The notes under the pieces were generated by a model. That model was not told the origin of the DNA and made no database searches. It saw nothing but the letters and a program-made list of their open reading frames with translations. Shown piece after piece: positions 1-9,258 of a stretch of DNA of 64,000 nucleotides. Made by a program: the position numbers and the translations under genes. Position 1 is the first letter of the stretch. Each line of letters opens with the position of its first letter. The stretch lies in assembly GCA_964650185.1 (NCBI GenBank), contig CAZYRN010000006.1, positions 168 through 64,167 of the forward strand, written 5' to 3'. Source of the DNA: an uncultured Pseudomonadales bacterium. Its GTDB lineage: Bacteria; Patescibacteriota; Microgenomatia; UBA1400; PJMF01.

Positions 1-251
1 TTGGTAAATTTGACTTCCAGTTTTTGAAAATTGGTCAGCTCATCATGATAGGTAATTAAGCCGGCTTCCTGAATGGAGATCACCTCACCCTCAACCATTT
101 GGGTGGTGGCTTCTTCTTGGTCAGCTGCTTGCACTTCTGTCACAAAGCACTCGGTCAGTAGTGGGTGAAAAGAGATGAAGACGCCAATTGCCAATCCAGT
201 CAGACTTTTTGCCAATCCCCATCGTCTTTTTACGCAGAATTTAAGCCTCAT
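1..251 (-). CDS. Hypothetical secreted protein, N-terminal part only (gene runs off the window start)
   Basis: Reverse-complement ATG at 251-249 gives MRLKFCVKRRWGLAKSLTGLAIGVFISF..., an N-terminal signal-peptide-like hydrophobic stretch. The frame stays open to position 1. It sits 4 nt downstream of the stop of the CcdA-like gene on the same strand. Confidence 0.35.
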   Translation of the reverse strand, partial: MRLKFCVKRRWGLAKSLTGLAIGVFISFHPLLTECFVTEVQAADQEEATTQMVEGEVISIQEAGLITYHDELTNFQKLEVKFT

Positions 252-255
252 TTTA

Positions 256-1482
256 TTATCCTAACATGAGTAATTCAGGTTTAAAAATGAGCAGCAACCC
301 AACTGTTAACAATAATATGCCACCGATCCAATGTGAGTAGCGCGAAAATTTTCCATCCAAGCCAATCGCCTTCAAGGTGGTCATGGCAATAAAGAAAACG
401 GCTAGATCATCAATCATGAAAATGAGAATGTAGAGACCTAGGTAAGCATAGCGTTGCCAGCCAGGCAAATTGCTCATGGCTAGGACTTGAGTATAAACTG
501 CTGGCAACCCGGCCGAGCAGGCCAACTCCACGACATTAACTGCCACTGCTAAAGCCATAATGCCAAGCGCTGCCAAAATTATACTTTTTTGTAATGTGAA
601 CACCTTTAATTTTTCAAAGACGAGCCGGCGCTTTTGATTTTGCGATACTTTGCAGGCACCAGTTGGATTGCTGATGGCTTCTTTTATGTAATAACCGCCA
701 GCTACTAAAGATACCAGTCCAATTACTACCTTTATCCAGCGTAGATAGCTAAAGTAGGTGAAGAAATTAAACCAGGCTGCTAAAAAGAGAAAGTAAACCC
801 CAGCTGAGGTTATCACAAACAAACTTCCCAAGAGCCACATTCGTTTTTTATCTTTCATGTTCAGCAAGAGGCTAATTAAGAAGATCAGTGTCCACATGGC
901 GCAAGGATTAAAGCCATCGATAAGCGCTACTAAAATTGTAAAAAGGGGCAGTGACAAGTTGTTAGCTGATATTTCTCCAAAAATAGGCAGAGTGACTTGG
1001 CCGGGTTCACTTTCATTAATTGAAGTAGTAGCTTCAGCCGGCAGTGAGACATCGAGCTGTTGTGCCACTTCTCGTCTGAGTGCGGCACCGGTGGTTTCAT
1101 CTGAGCTATAGCCAACTAAATATTTGTTGCCAATCACTGTAAAAGGTACGCCTTGGACTTGAACGCCGAGCTCCTCAGCTGTGTCTTCCATTAGATTTTG
1201 ACCTTCAGCATTATAGAAAACTTCGTAGGCTTCAATGTTTAGCTGAGGAAATTCGTTTTGGATTTTTTCTAAAAATAATGCCTCTTGGTGACAGTGTGGG
1301 CAGCCTTCACCCCAGAAAAATTTTAAGGTGACTGGATTGTCGAGAACTTCTGAATTAGTGGCTGAGTTTGAGCTAGTGGCAGTTTCTTGTTCAATCTCAG
1401 CCGCTGAGACTAGACTGCTACTGCCAAAAAAGGCTACCAGGATCAGCACTAACAATGGAATAATAAATCGGCGCCAATTCAT
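256..1482 (-). CDS. Thioredoxin-fold domain (CPHC) fused to a CcdA/DsbD-family polytopic membrane thiol-disulfide transporter
   Basis: Signal/TM at the N-terminus. FFWGEGCPHCHQ is a thioredoxin CxxC motif. C-terminal TM block with LIDGFNPCAMW, typical of the CcdA/DsbD transmembrane Cys. Confidence 0.6.
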   Translation of the reverse strand: MNWRRFIIPLLVLILVAFFGSSSLVSAAEIEQETATSSNSATNSEVLDNPVTLKFFWGEGCPHCHQEALFLEKIQNEFPQLNIEAYEVFYNAEGQNLMEDTAEELGVQVQGVPFTVIGNKYLVGYSSDETTGAALRREVAQQLDVSLPAEATTSINESEPGQVTLPIFGEISANNLSLPLFTILVALIDGFNPCAMWTLIFLISLLLNMKDKKRMWLLGSLFVITSAGVYFLFLAAWFNFFTYFSYLRWIKVVIGLVSLVAGGYYIKEAISNPTGACKVSQNQKRRLVFEKLKVFTLQKSIILAALGIMALAVAVNVVELACSAGLPAVYTQVLAMSNLPGWQRYAYLGLYILIFMIDDLAVFFIAMTTLKAIGLDGKFSRYSHWIGGILLLTVGLLLIFKPELLMLG

Positions 1483-1501
1483 GAGAAGTTTGTTTTCTTA
1501 A

Positions 1502-2959
1502 CTAATCTGTTTTCAGTTGGTAAATTTTTTGCTCTCCCTGATCATAATACACCTCGTAATTAGGATCACCAGCTAATTTGCTCACTAAGCCGGGAAAATC
1601 TTTAATGCCGAGGAAATTATTTGGTTCTTGACCATCTCTGGTATCAATCACGATGTAATCAGGGGCAAATTTTTGGTAATTATCCCGCAAAATATAGACT
1701 TGGCGATGAGCAAGTTTGCCAGCTAAGTTGTGTTGAGCCATCACCACTCCCTCAGCAGGGACTTCAGCTAAGAGTCGGTCAAGAAAAACGAAATTTTGGG
1801 TGTGTTGATAAAAAGCTGGATTGACAGCTAGTAAGGCGGGAGAATGAAACACAAATAAACTTAAGCCCAATGAGCAAGCGCTCACACCCAGTGGTATCAG
1901 GTTGATCAGTTGAGGCTTGGTGAATTTAATTTTAGCCAAAACTGGAGTTAACCAGGATTTAAGTCGGCGCCAGCCGATCATGCTGGACAGAATTAAAGTC
2001 GGCGCAATCTCGGCATTGTAATGCATACCCAAATCGGAGCGGCTGCCTTCACTGATAAATCTGCTGGCCCAGTTAGCTAGCACTGGCGGTAAAATATCTG
2101 GCGCAAAAATCGGCAGAAAACCATAACTTAACAGTGTCTGCCAAATTGTTTTTAATTTAAAGGGATTAATCAGTTCAGACCAGCTGAAATTTGATGATGC
2201 TTCTGCTAAGTAGCGATAATCCAGGCCGCTGATACTAGGCATGACAAATTTAATGATAATTACGCCATAGATCAGAGAAATTAAGGTGGTGATTATGCCT
2301 AGCAGCCGCCATTGGTGAGCATGTTCGTTAGCGGCACACCAATTTTTGACTGTTAAATAGAGTCCAAAAAATGCCGGAATGATGAAAGTCGTCTCTTTAG
2401 TCAATAAAATTGCCACCCAACTGACTAGATATAGCCACTTCTTTTTGGTTACTAAACCGTAGAAAAAAATGCTCAGCGGCAACGGTAATAAAGTGATGGC
2501 ATGAAATTCAGTGATCAGCGCATTATGCAGTCCCACAAACGAAAAATAGATGATGAGCATAGCTAATGACTCAAGCCTATTTTTGAGGATTTTTTGACTA
2601 GTTAAGTAGACAAAAATCCCACTTAATGTGACTGCCAATGCCTGTACTACCAGCAATACTTCTGGTTTGGGAATTAACATCACCAGTGGACTGATGATAA
2701 AAATCAGTGGATGAAAATGGTCTCCTAAAATATTCTTTCCTTGAAAGACAAAGTGATCAATAATGGGAGGCTTGCCTTGAGAAACAGCGCTAATAGCTTG
2801 GTAAAAAATGCCAAAATCATAATACCAAGTTGAGTACTGCCAAAAGCGGTGTAGTGACACAATGGTAAAAATGGTCATAAAAATGACGCTTAGGGAAATG
2901 ACCGCGACCAGGTCAAGCCGCATTGTTTTAAATTTTGCTAGGAAAGGTTGGGAAATCAT
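1502..2959 (-). CDS. Large polytopic integral membrane protein, function unknown (possibly GT-C/DUF2079-like)
   Basis: 485-aa ORF with more than 10 hydrophobic helices and a soluble C-terminal domain. Same strand, 20 nt upstream of the CcdA-like gene. Confidence 0.5.
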   Translation of the reverse strand: MISQPFLAKFKTMRLDLVAVISLSVIFMTIFTIVSLHRFWQYSTWYYDFGIFYQAISAVSQGKPPIIDHFVFQGKNILGDHFHPLIFIISPLVMLIPKPEVLLVVQALAVTLSGIFVYLTSQKILKNRLESLAMLIIYFSFVGLHNALITEFHAITLLPLPLSIFFYGLVTKKKWLYLVSWVAILLTKETTFIIPAFFGLYLTVKNWCAANEHAHQWRLLGIITTLISLIYGVIIIKFVMPSISGLDYRYLAEASSNFSWSELINPFKLKTIWQTLLSYGFLPIFAPDILPPVLANWASRFISEGSRSDLGMHYNAEIAPTLILSSMIGWRRLKSWLTPVLAKIKFTKPQLINLIPLGVSACSLGLSLFVFHSPALLAVNPAFYQHTQNFVFLDRLLAEVPAEGVVMAQHNLAGKLAHRQVYILRDNYQKFAPDYIVIDTRDGQEPNNFLGIKDFPGLVSKLAGDPNYEVYYDQGEQKIYQLKTD

Positions 2960-3027
2960 GTCTGCTCTACATTGTAATACAGATTGCTTTGCTAGCTGAG
3001 AACAAGATTTAGCTTTACAATAGCGCT

Positions 3028-4077
3028 ATGAATCGGGATTTGCGACTAATATTGATGGGAGTGGGATTAGTAGCGATGGCAGCGGTCAGCTGGCTACTGG
3101 GCAGAGCCATTTATTTTTACACTCAAGGCAACATGCTGGCCATGCTTGATGCTGAGCCAACTTCTATTTTATCAATTACCCAGCCCATGGAGAGTGCCGG
3201 TGAAAAGGATGAGCCAGATTTGCTGGTTCAACAGCCGATCAAACTACTTTTTGGCGGTGATTTGATGTTTGACCGCAATATTAGAGCAGCGATGACCCGA
3301 GATGGAGTCGATCAACCACTGCGTGAGCTGACGAAGTTGTTTAACCAGTATGATGCGGTGATTGCTAATCTGGAAGGTCCGATCACAATCAATCCTTCGC
3401 GTAGTTTAGGTTCAGTACCAGGCAGTACTGATAATTTTTTCTTTACTTTTGAACCAGAAATTGTGCCAATGCTGGCTGCGAATAATTTGCGGATACTTAA
3501 CTTAGGCAATAATCACATCACCAATTTTGGTCATGACGGGGTTGAGCAGACTAAAACTGCTTTAGCTAAGGATGGTTTGAGCTACTTTGGCTTCACCAGT
3601 TTAGAAGTTGAACCGGCGGAGAGGGTTCATTATCAGCAGTTTGGTCAGCACCAGCTGGCTTTTGTCGGTTACAACCAGTTTGCGGTGGGTGGTTTTGAAG
3701 CGGCGTTGGCGGATATTGCAGCGGCAACTGTAGCAGCGGAGCTGGTTGTGGTGATGCCTCATTGGGGTAACGAATATGTACCCGAGGCTGGGGCGGTGAT
3801 CCAAGAACAAGCGCATCAATTCATTGACGCTGGCGCAGATTTAATTATCGGTGGACATCCTCACGTCGTGCAGCAGCAAGAATTGTATCGAGGTAAAAAG
3901 ATCTATTATTCGCTGGGAAACTTTGTTTTTGATCAATATTTTAGTCCAGAAACGCAAACTGGGTTGTTGGTGGGTGTGGAGATTGCGCCAGATGGACATC
4001 TAATTTTTACAGAGATGTCGATTATGATGCTAGAAGACGGCCGGACGGTGTTGAGAGAAGCAGAGACAGCAATTTAA
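3028..4077 (+). CDS. CapA/PgsA-family metallophosphoesterase (poly-gamma-glutamate/capsule synthesis-like)
   Basis: N-terminal TM. Motifs GGDLMFDR, NLEGPIT, NLGNNH, HWGNEY and GGHPHVVQ are typical of CapA calcineurin-like phosphoesterases. Confidence 0.7.
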   Translation: MNRDLRLILMGVGLVAMAAVSWLLGRAIYFYTQGNMLAMLDAEPTSILSITQPMESAGEKDEPDLLVQQPIKLLFGGDLMFDRNIRAAMTRDGVDQPLRELTKLFNQYDAVIANLEGPITINPSRSLGSVPGSTDNFFFTFEPEIVPMLAANNLRILNLGNNHITNFGHDGVEQTKTALAKDGLSYFGFTSLEVEPAERVHYQQFGQHQLAFVGYNQFAVGGFEAALADIAAATVAAELVVVMPHWGNEYVPEAGAVIQEQAHQFIDAGADLIIGGHPHVVQQQELYRGKKIYYSLGNFVFDQYFSPETQTGLLVGVEIAPDGHLIFTEMSIMMLEDGRTVLREAETAI

Positions 4078-4168
4078 TTTAAGCTCGAAGCTTTATTTAA
4101 GGCAAAATTTCTCCTAACAAGTCTTTTATTGTTAATAGCAAGCAATTTTTAGTATAATACCGGCCCTT

Positions 4169-4924
4169 ATGAAAGCGCCTAAAGAGAATATTATTATCAT
4201 TTCTGATGTAGACGACGTGTTGGTAGACAGTCTTCGAGCTCATCATGCTGCTGCTGAAAGACAAGCTCAGGATCGTGGGTGGGAAGTGCCTGGGATTAAG
4301 TTGTTTTGCCAAGCAGGGGGAACGGTAATTTTAGAAAACTTGCCTGGATTTCTTGAGTATCATCAGCAAAATTTACTCTCGCCCGAGTTTAATACCAGTT
4401 TGGAACCATTAGCTGATGCACTCAGTGCTAGAGATTTTTTAGCAGCCACCTTAGCTTTGTACTTAACTGCACGACCAAATTCACTCAATGAGGTTACTAG
4501 AAAACATTTAATTGGATTGGGTTTTCCAGATAGACCAGTAATTGGGCGGCCAGATTCAGTTTCAATGGAAAATACTGCCCCTTGGAAATATGCTGAACTT
4601 GCAGCCATAGCTGAAGGCTTAAATCGTCATAACGGGCCAGACAGGCAAGGGTTAACAAGAATTATATTTGTGGACGATAGTTATAAAACTGTTCAATTTG
4701 TAAATGACAAGGGGCACCCGCTTATTAATGCTTACACGTATGAAGGCTTGGGAACTCCTCAACATGGTGAAAGAGGTGTTTACCCCATTAACTGGCAACA
4801 AATCATGATGAGATATAAAGGTCAGTTAAAAGCGGTCATTACAGGTCATTACCCGTCAGTGATGCACCACCTCACTCCGTTCCAAAGTAACGGTCACCAT
4901 AATCGCCCAAGCCAGGCACGATAA
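4169..4924 (+). CDS. Hypothetical protein, possibly HAD-like hydrolase
   Basis: IIIISDVDDVLVD near the N-terminus resembles HAD motif I (DxDx[TV]). IFVDDSYKT resembles motif IV. Convergent 53-nt overlap with upp. Confidence 0.35.
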   Translation: MKAPKENIIIISDVDDVLVDSLRAHHAAAERQAQDRGWEVPGIKLFCQAGGTVILENLPGFLEYHQQNLLSPEFNTSLEPLADALSARDFLAATLALYLTARPNSLNEVTRKHLIGLGFPDRPVIGRPDSVSMENTAPWKYAELAAIAEGLNRHNGPDRQGLTRIIFVDDSYKTVQFVNDKGHPLINAYTYEGLGTPQHGERGVYPINWQQIMMRYKGQLKAVITGHYPSVMHHLTPFQSNGHHNRPSQAR

Positions 4925-5498
4925 AGGCGGCGTCATTGAGATGATCATCAATCGCACCTACAAAAATTTTCACATCGGGAAACTCGCTCTTAATCGCCTT
5001 AATTCCCTCTGGTGCTGCCAGCACTGACACCACCCTCATCTCCTGCGGTTTTTCTGGGGCAATTTTTCTCAGCAGTTGAGCAATGGAGCCGCCTGTCGCC
5101 AACATGGGATCAGTGACAATCACCACTGAATTGTGATGAATGACTGGCATTTTCCAGTAGTATTCAGATGCCACGGCTGTTTCTTCATCTCTTTCCATAC
5201 CGACAAAGCCAATTTTAGATTTAGGCAGTAAGTGCATGGCACCGAATAACATGGCAATGCCTGAACGCAATACCGGCACAATAATGACCTCATTGGCCAG
5301 TTTTTGTGCCTCAACTTTGGCCAGCGGCGTCTCAATTTCAACAGTTTTCAACTCCATGCCGCGAATCGCTTCGGTAAAGAGATAATGACAAATTTTATCG
5401 GAGTGGTGGCGAAATTTTTGAATGCCGGTGGCTTTGTTGCGCAGGTGTGCCAGTGAGTCCGTCACAAAGGGATGTTGAACTAGTATTGCGTCATTCAT
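4872..5498 (-). CDS. upp: Uracil phosphoribosyltransferase
   Basis: Full-length similarity to UPRTase: HPFVTDSLAHLRNKAT, VPVLRSGIAM, and the PRPP-binding DPMLATGGS. Confidence 0.85.
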   Translation of the reverse strand: MNDAILVQHPFVTDSLAHLRNKATGIQKFRHHSDKICHYLFTEAIRGMELKTVEIETPLAKVEAQKLANEVIIVPVLRSGIAMLFGAMHLLPKSKIGFVGMERDEETAVASEYYWKMPVIHHNSVVIVTDPMLATGGSIAQLLRKIAPEKPQEMRVVSVLAAPEGIKAIKSEFPDVKIFVGAIDDHLNDAAFIVPGLGDYGDRYFGTE

Positions 5499-5555
5499 AG
5501 CTTGCTCCTACAATTACAGCACCACTTAAGTAGCACTCTTTTACAGAAAGATCCA

Positions 5556-6275
5556 ATGCCATACTATCCCATTCATGAAACCGAAAACAAGCAAGTCGTG
5601 ATTTCTTTAGGCGGTTCGCTGATTGTGCCTGATGAGGTTAACACGCAATATTTGGCCGAATTCCGCCAATTTATTTTGGAACAGTTGGAGAAAGGTTGGC
5701 GGTTTATTATTACCACGGGCGGTGGGGCGCCTGCCCGGACTTACCCCCAAGCTGCTCGTGAGATCATGGGCGGAACTATTACTCGTGATGACCAAGATTG
5801 GCTGGGGGTGCATGCGACTAGATTTAACGCTCACTTAATTAGAACTCTATTTAGAGATCAAGCTCAGCCGACCATCATTACTGATCCTGAACAAGATGAG
5901 CTGACTGAGGCGCAAATTATTGTGGTCTCAGGCTGGAAACCGGGCTGGTCGACTGATTATGTGGCCTGCAAAATTGCCCAGCGATTAGACGTCAAATACT
6001 TGATTAATTTATCCAATATTAAACAAGTTTATGATGATGATCCACGCCAAAATCCGGCAGCAAAACCGATTGACCAGATGAACTGGCATGATTTTCGAGC
6101 AATGGTTGGTGATGAGTGGACTCCTGGTATGAACTCTCCCTTTGATCCCATTGCGGCTCAACTAGCTGAAAGTGAAGATCAGACGGTAATTGTTTTGGAA
6201 GGCACTAATCTGGAAAATCTGAAGTCTGCTTTAGAAACTGGCCAGTTTGTCGGCACGGTGCTGGCCAACAGCTAA
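5556..6275 (+). CDS. Amino-acid-kinase-fold protein, likely archaeal-type UMP kinase (PyrH-like)
   Basis: VVISLGGSLIVPDE and ITTGGGAPARTY match the carbamate/UMP kinase fold. Adjacent to and divergent from upp (pyrimidine salvage context). I take Met 5556 as the start rather than the ORF-track start at 5502. Confidence 0.5.
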   Translation: MPYYPIHETENKQVVISLGGSLIVPDEVNTQYLAEFRQFILEQLEKGWRFIITTGGGAPARTYPQAAREIMGGTITRDDQDWLGVHATRFNAHLIRTLFRDQAQPTIITDPEQDELTEAQIIVVSGWKPGWSTDYVACKIAQRLDVKYLINLSNIKQVYDDDPRQNPAAKPIDQMNWHDFRAMVGDEWTPGMNSPFDPIAAQLAESEDQTVIVLEGTNLENLKSALETGQFVGTVLANS

Positions 6276-6340
6276 GTTTTCAGCTCAGCCTCAGTCTCAG
6301 CCTCAAGCACCGGCCTCAGCTCCAGCTGAGTTTTCTCCCG

Positions 6341-6670
6341 CTACTTCTTGGGCTCAGTCTGCCGGCGCTCAATTTTCTTAAGTGAGTACATCAGCCGTTC
6401 ATCTAAGTCTATTTTCTTAATGCGGGCTAAGCGCAAAATTGTCAGCAAAATATCGCCCAGCTCTTGTTCATAAGTTTCGTCAGCTTGGGCGGCCAAATTA
6501 GTACCTTTTCGGCCATGTTCTGCCAGATAAGCCCGCGCCATCTCACCGACTTCTTCCACCAAAGACAAAATCATGATGGAGCCAAACTCTTTGGAGTCAC
6601 GTTTGCCTTTATCCACTTTGCTGAGATATTTAAAATACTTGCCGAAGGGGGTGCTAAAATTGTCACTCAT
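6341..6670 (-). CDS. MazG-like nucleotide pyrophosphohydrolase domain protein
   Basis: EEVGEMARAYLAEHG...ELGDILLTILRLARIKKIDLDE is a MazG/NTP-PPase EExxE/helical core. Internal Met chosen so the gene does not overlap the dnaG start. Confidence 0.55.
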   Translation of the reverse strand: MSDNFSTPFGKYFKYLSKVDKGKRDSKEFGSIMILSLVEEVGEMARAYLAEHGRKGTNLAAQADETYEQELGDILLTILRLARIKKIDLDERLMYSLKKIERRQTEPKK

Positions 6671-6702
6671 AGTCCTTACATTATAGAGTAAAATAGATCT
6701 AA

Positions 6703-8493
6703 ATGTCACAAATACAACAAGTTAAGGCCGCCGTCGATCTGATTGAGATTATCAGTGAGCGGCTGGATTTGAAACGCTCCGGGCGGAACTGGCGGGGTTT
6801 GTGTCCATTTCACAGTGAAAAAACTCCCTCTTTTTTTGTCAGTGAAGAGATGCAGCGCTACAAATGTTTTGGCTGCGGCGAAGCTGGTGATGTGTTTACT
6901 TTTTTAGAAAAATACGAAGGGATGACTTTTAGTGAAGCCCTCGAGTATTTAGCCGAAAGAGCCGGCATTACTTTGCAGGATTATCGGCCGACAGCTGCTG
7001 ATGCGGAACGAGTCAAACTTTTAGAGATTCTAGATTTAGCTAAAGAGTACTATCATTTCCTGCTGACTGAACACGAAGTGGGCCAGCCGGGACGTGATTA
7101 TATGAAGCAGCGCGGTATTAACCAGGAAACTGCCAAACTCTTTCAACTGGGCTATGCCATGCCGAAGTGGGATGGATTGGTGAAGTATCTGCACTTGAAG
7201 AAAAAGTATGACCAAGAGCTGTTGGTAAGATCTGGTTTGGTCATTAACAGTCGCGGCCGTTATTATGATCGGTTTCGTGGCCGGTTGATGTTTCCGCTGA
7301 AAAATCATCGAGGGCAGGTGGTGGGTTTTTCCGGACGGATTTTAGATAAAGCAGCCAAAGAAGCTAAATATATTAATACACCGGAGACGGAGTTGTATCA
7401 CAAGGCCGAGTTATTATTTGGTTACAGTGAGCTGCTTCAGTTTATTCGCAAGCAAAATAAGGTAGTGGTAGTGGAGGGTGAGCTGGATGTAATCTCTTCG
7501 GCTCAAGCTCATGTTAATAATATTGTGGCGGTGAAGGGCTCGGCTTTTACTGAGCATCACGCACGCTATATTAAACGAGTGGCGGATCAGGTGTTATTTG
7601 CACTAGATATGGATCAAGCTGGGGTGACTGCCACTAAACGGGCTATTCCCATTGCTCAAGCAGCTGGCCTAGAATTGCGGGTAATTACTTTAGGGCAGAT
7701 TGGCGGTGAGGGAGCAAAAGATCCTGATGAGCTGGCCAAAGAAAATCCTAAAGCCTGGCGGGAAGCGACGCGAACTTCAATTTCGGCTTATCAATTTTTG
7801 ATGGATGCAGCTTTAGCAGCCCATGATCCGAGTACGCCGGAAGGTAAGCGGGAAATTATCAAAGAGCTGGCAGAACCTTTGGCGGAAATTGCTCATGAAG
7901 TGGAGAAAGATTTTTATGTCAAACAGCTGGCAAGTCTGCTTAAGGTCAAACCGGCGGTTGTAGAGCAAGATATTTACCAGCATGGTCAAGCGCCAGCTAA
8001 GAAAAAAAGCCGGTCCCGTTCTCAAGAAAATGCGACCGAACCAGAAGATTCTCGTCAAGCCAAGTTGGAGCGTTACAGCTGGTTCTTATTACTGCACAGC
8101 CAGCCCGAGCTGATGAAGGAGCGGTTGAAGAAGTTGAGTCAGTTAGAGTTTTACGATCATCGGTTGGAGCTGATTGCCGCCAAGTTAGCAGCCGTCGTTG
8201 CGCCACCATCACTGGAGGTATGGTCACAGACTTTGCCAGAAGATTTGCAGGAACTTTTGTTAGATTTATATTTACAACCGCAGTATCAGCAGATTAAAGA
8301 TGAAACTGAGATTGATGAAGAGTGGCAGAAAACTTGGCCAACGGTGCAGGCAGCGCAAATTCAACGCCAAATTGCTCAAATTACTGCTGAGTTGGACGCT
8401 TTAGATCAAAAGGATACTAAAACTGAAGCAGAAGAGAAACAAGTTCAAGAGTACTTAGAGAAAATAGTGATGCTACGCGGAAAAATCAAGTAA
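6703..8493 (+). CDS. dnaG: DNA primase
   Basis: CHC2 zinc finger (CPFHSEKTPSF...CFGCGEAGDV). Toprim region (VVVVEGELDVISSAQA...ALDMDQAG). Confidence 0.9.
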   Translation: MSQIQQVKAAVDLIEIISERLDLKRSGRNWRGLCPFHSEKTPSFFVSEEMQRYKCFGCGEAGDVFTFLEKYEGMTFSEALEYLAERAGITLQDYRPTAADAERVKLLEILDLAKEYYHFLLTEHEVGQPGRDYMKQRGINQETAKLFQLGYAMPKWDGLVKYLHLKKKYDQELLVRSGLVINSRGRYYDRFRGRLMFPLKNHRGQVVGFSGRILDKAAKEAKYINTPETELYHKAELLFGYSELLQFIRKQNKVVVVEGELDVISSAQAHVNNIVAVKGSAFTEHHARYIKRVADQVLFALDMDQAGVTATKRAIPIAQAAGLELRVITLGQIGGEGAKDPDELAKENPKAWREATRTSISAYQFLMDAALAAHDPSTPEGKREIIKELAEPLAEIAHEVEKDFYVKQLASLLKVKPAVVEQDIYQHGQAPAKKKSRSRSQENATEPEDSRQAKLERYSWFLLLHSQPELMKERLKKLSQLEFYDHRLELIAAKLAAVVAPPSLEVWSQTLPEDLQELLLDLYLQPQYQQIKDETEIDEEWQKTWPTVQAAQIQRQIAQITAELDALDQKDTKTEAEEKQVQEYLEKIVMLRGKIK

Positions 8494-8524
8494 GTCCTGA
8501 TAGAAATCTTTGCCAAAACTTCCC

Positions 8525-8553
8525 TTGACACATACCCCCTAGGGGTATATATT
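8525..8553 (+). promoter_or_regulatory. Putative sigma-70 promoter (TTGACA-N17-TATATT) with an embedded GC-rich inverted repeat ATACCCC-N3-GGGGTAT (8532-8548), a CsoR-type operator
   Basis: Exact TTGACA at 8525-8530 and TATATT at 8548-8553. A perfect 7-bp inverted repeat lies between them. 8 nt upstream of the CsoR-family gene's ATG (8561). Confidence 0.45.
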
Positions 8554-8560
8554 AAAGTCC

Positions 8561-8803
8561 ATGTCAGATCAAAATGACCAAGTGATTGTCCAGTTAAAAC
8601 GAGTGCGTGGCCAGTTGGATGGCATCTTAAAGATGTATGACAACGGGCGGGCTTGTGTGGACATTGTTCACCAAGTCATTGCCGCCCGTAGCTCACTGGG
8701 GCGGGTGGCGCGTGATCTGCTCACCAATGAAGCGGCTAATTGTACTAAAGAACGCCGGCTGGAAGATTTAGATGATATTCTCAAAGAAGTCTTTCGGTAT
8801 TAA
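8561..8803 (+). CDS. CsoR/RcnR/FrmR-family (DUF156) transcriptional repressor
   Basis: 80-aa all-helical protein. QLKRVRGQLDGILKM...RACVDIVHQ...NEAANC matches the family signature. Cys32 and Cys61 lie at the canonical x and z positions. Confidence 0.75.
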   Translation: MSDQNDQVIVQLKRVRGQLDGILKMYDNGRACVDIVHQVIAARSSLGRVARDLLTNEAANCTKERRLEDLDDILKEVFRY

Positions 8804-8855
8804 AGTAACAGGTAGCAACCAAATACAAATTGGTTAACAAAAATTAGGAGACAAT

Positions 8856-9197
8856 ATGTCAGATCAAAATGGAGCTCAGCATATTTCGAACGAAGAGTTC
8901 AAACAACTACTTAGCAATGAAGAGGGTTTGCCAGTTTTGGTAGACTTTTTTGCCGAGTGGTGCGGTCCCTGTAAAATGGCAGCGCCAATTATTGATAAAT
9001 TAGCCGATGAGTATGATGGCAAGATGATCATTGCCAAGCTCAATGTCGATGAGAATAATCAAACCGCCGCTGAAAATGGGGTGATGAGTATTCCGACTGT
9101 CATCATTTACCGTAATGGTGAAGAAGTTAATCGTCAGATTGGCTTCCCTGGTGAAGACGGCTATCGGCGGATGATTGAAGCTAACTTAGAGGCTTAA
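8856..9197 (+). CDS. trxA: Thioredoxin
   Basis: WCGPCK active site and thioredoxin-length protein. AGGAG RBS upstream. Confidence 0.85.
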   Translation: MSDQNGAQHISNEEFKQLLSNEEGLPVLVDFFAEWCGPCKMAAPIIDKLADEYDGKMIIAKLNVDENNQTAAENGVMSIPTVIIYRNGEEVNRQIGFPGEDGYRRMIEANLEA

Positions 9198-9258
9198 GTA
9201 GCGACAACTAGCAACAACAAGAAACAACTAGCAATAGCAACTAGAGAAGGAGCGGATA

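Noticed and set aside
857-1115. Overlapping +/- small ORFs inside the CcdA-like gene, and similar internal ORFs elsewhere (3312..3509, 5607..5838, 7036..7308, 25416..25619, 41702..42070)
   Set aside because: Each is embedded in a longer ORF with clear family similarity. There are no independent signals.
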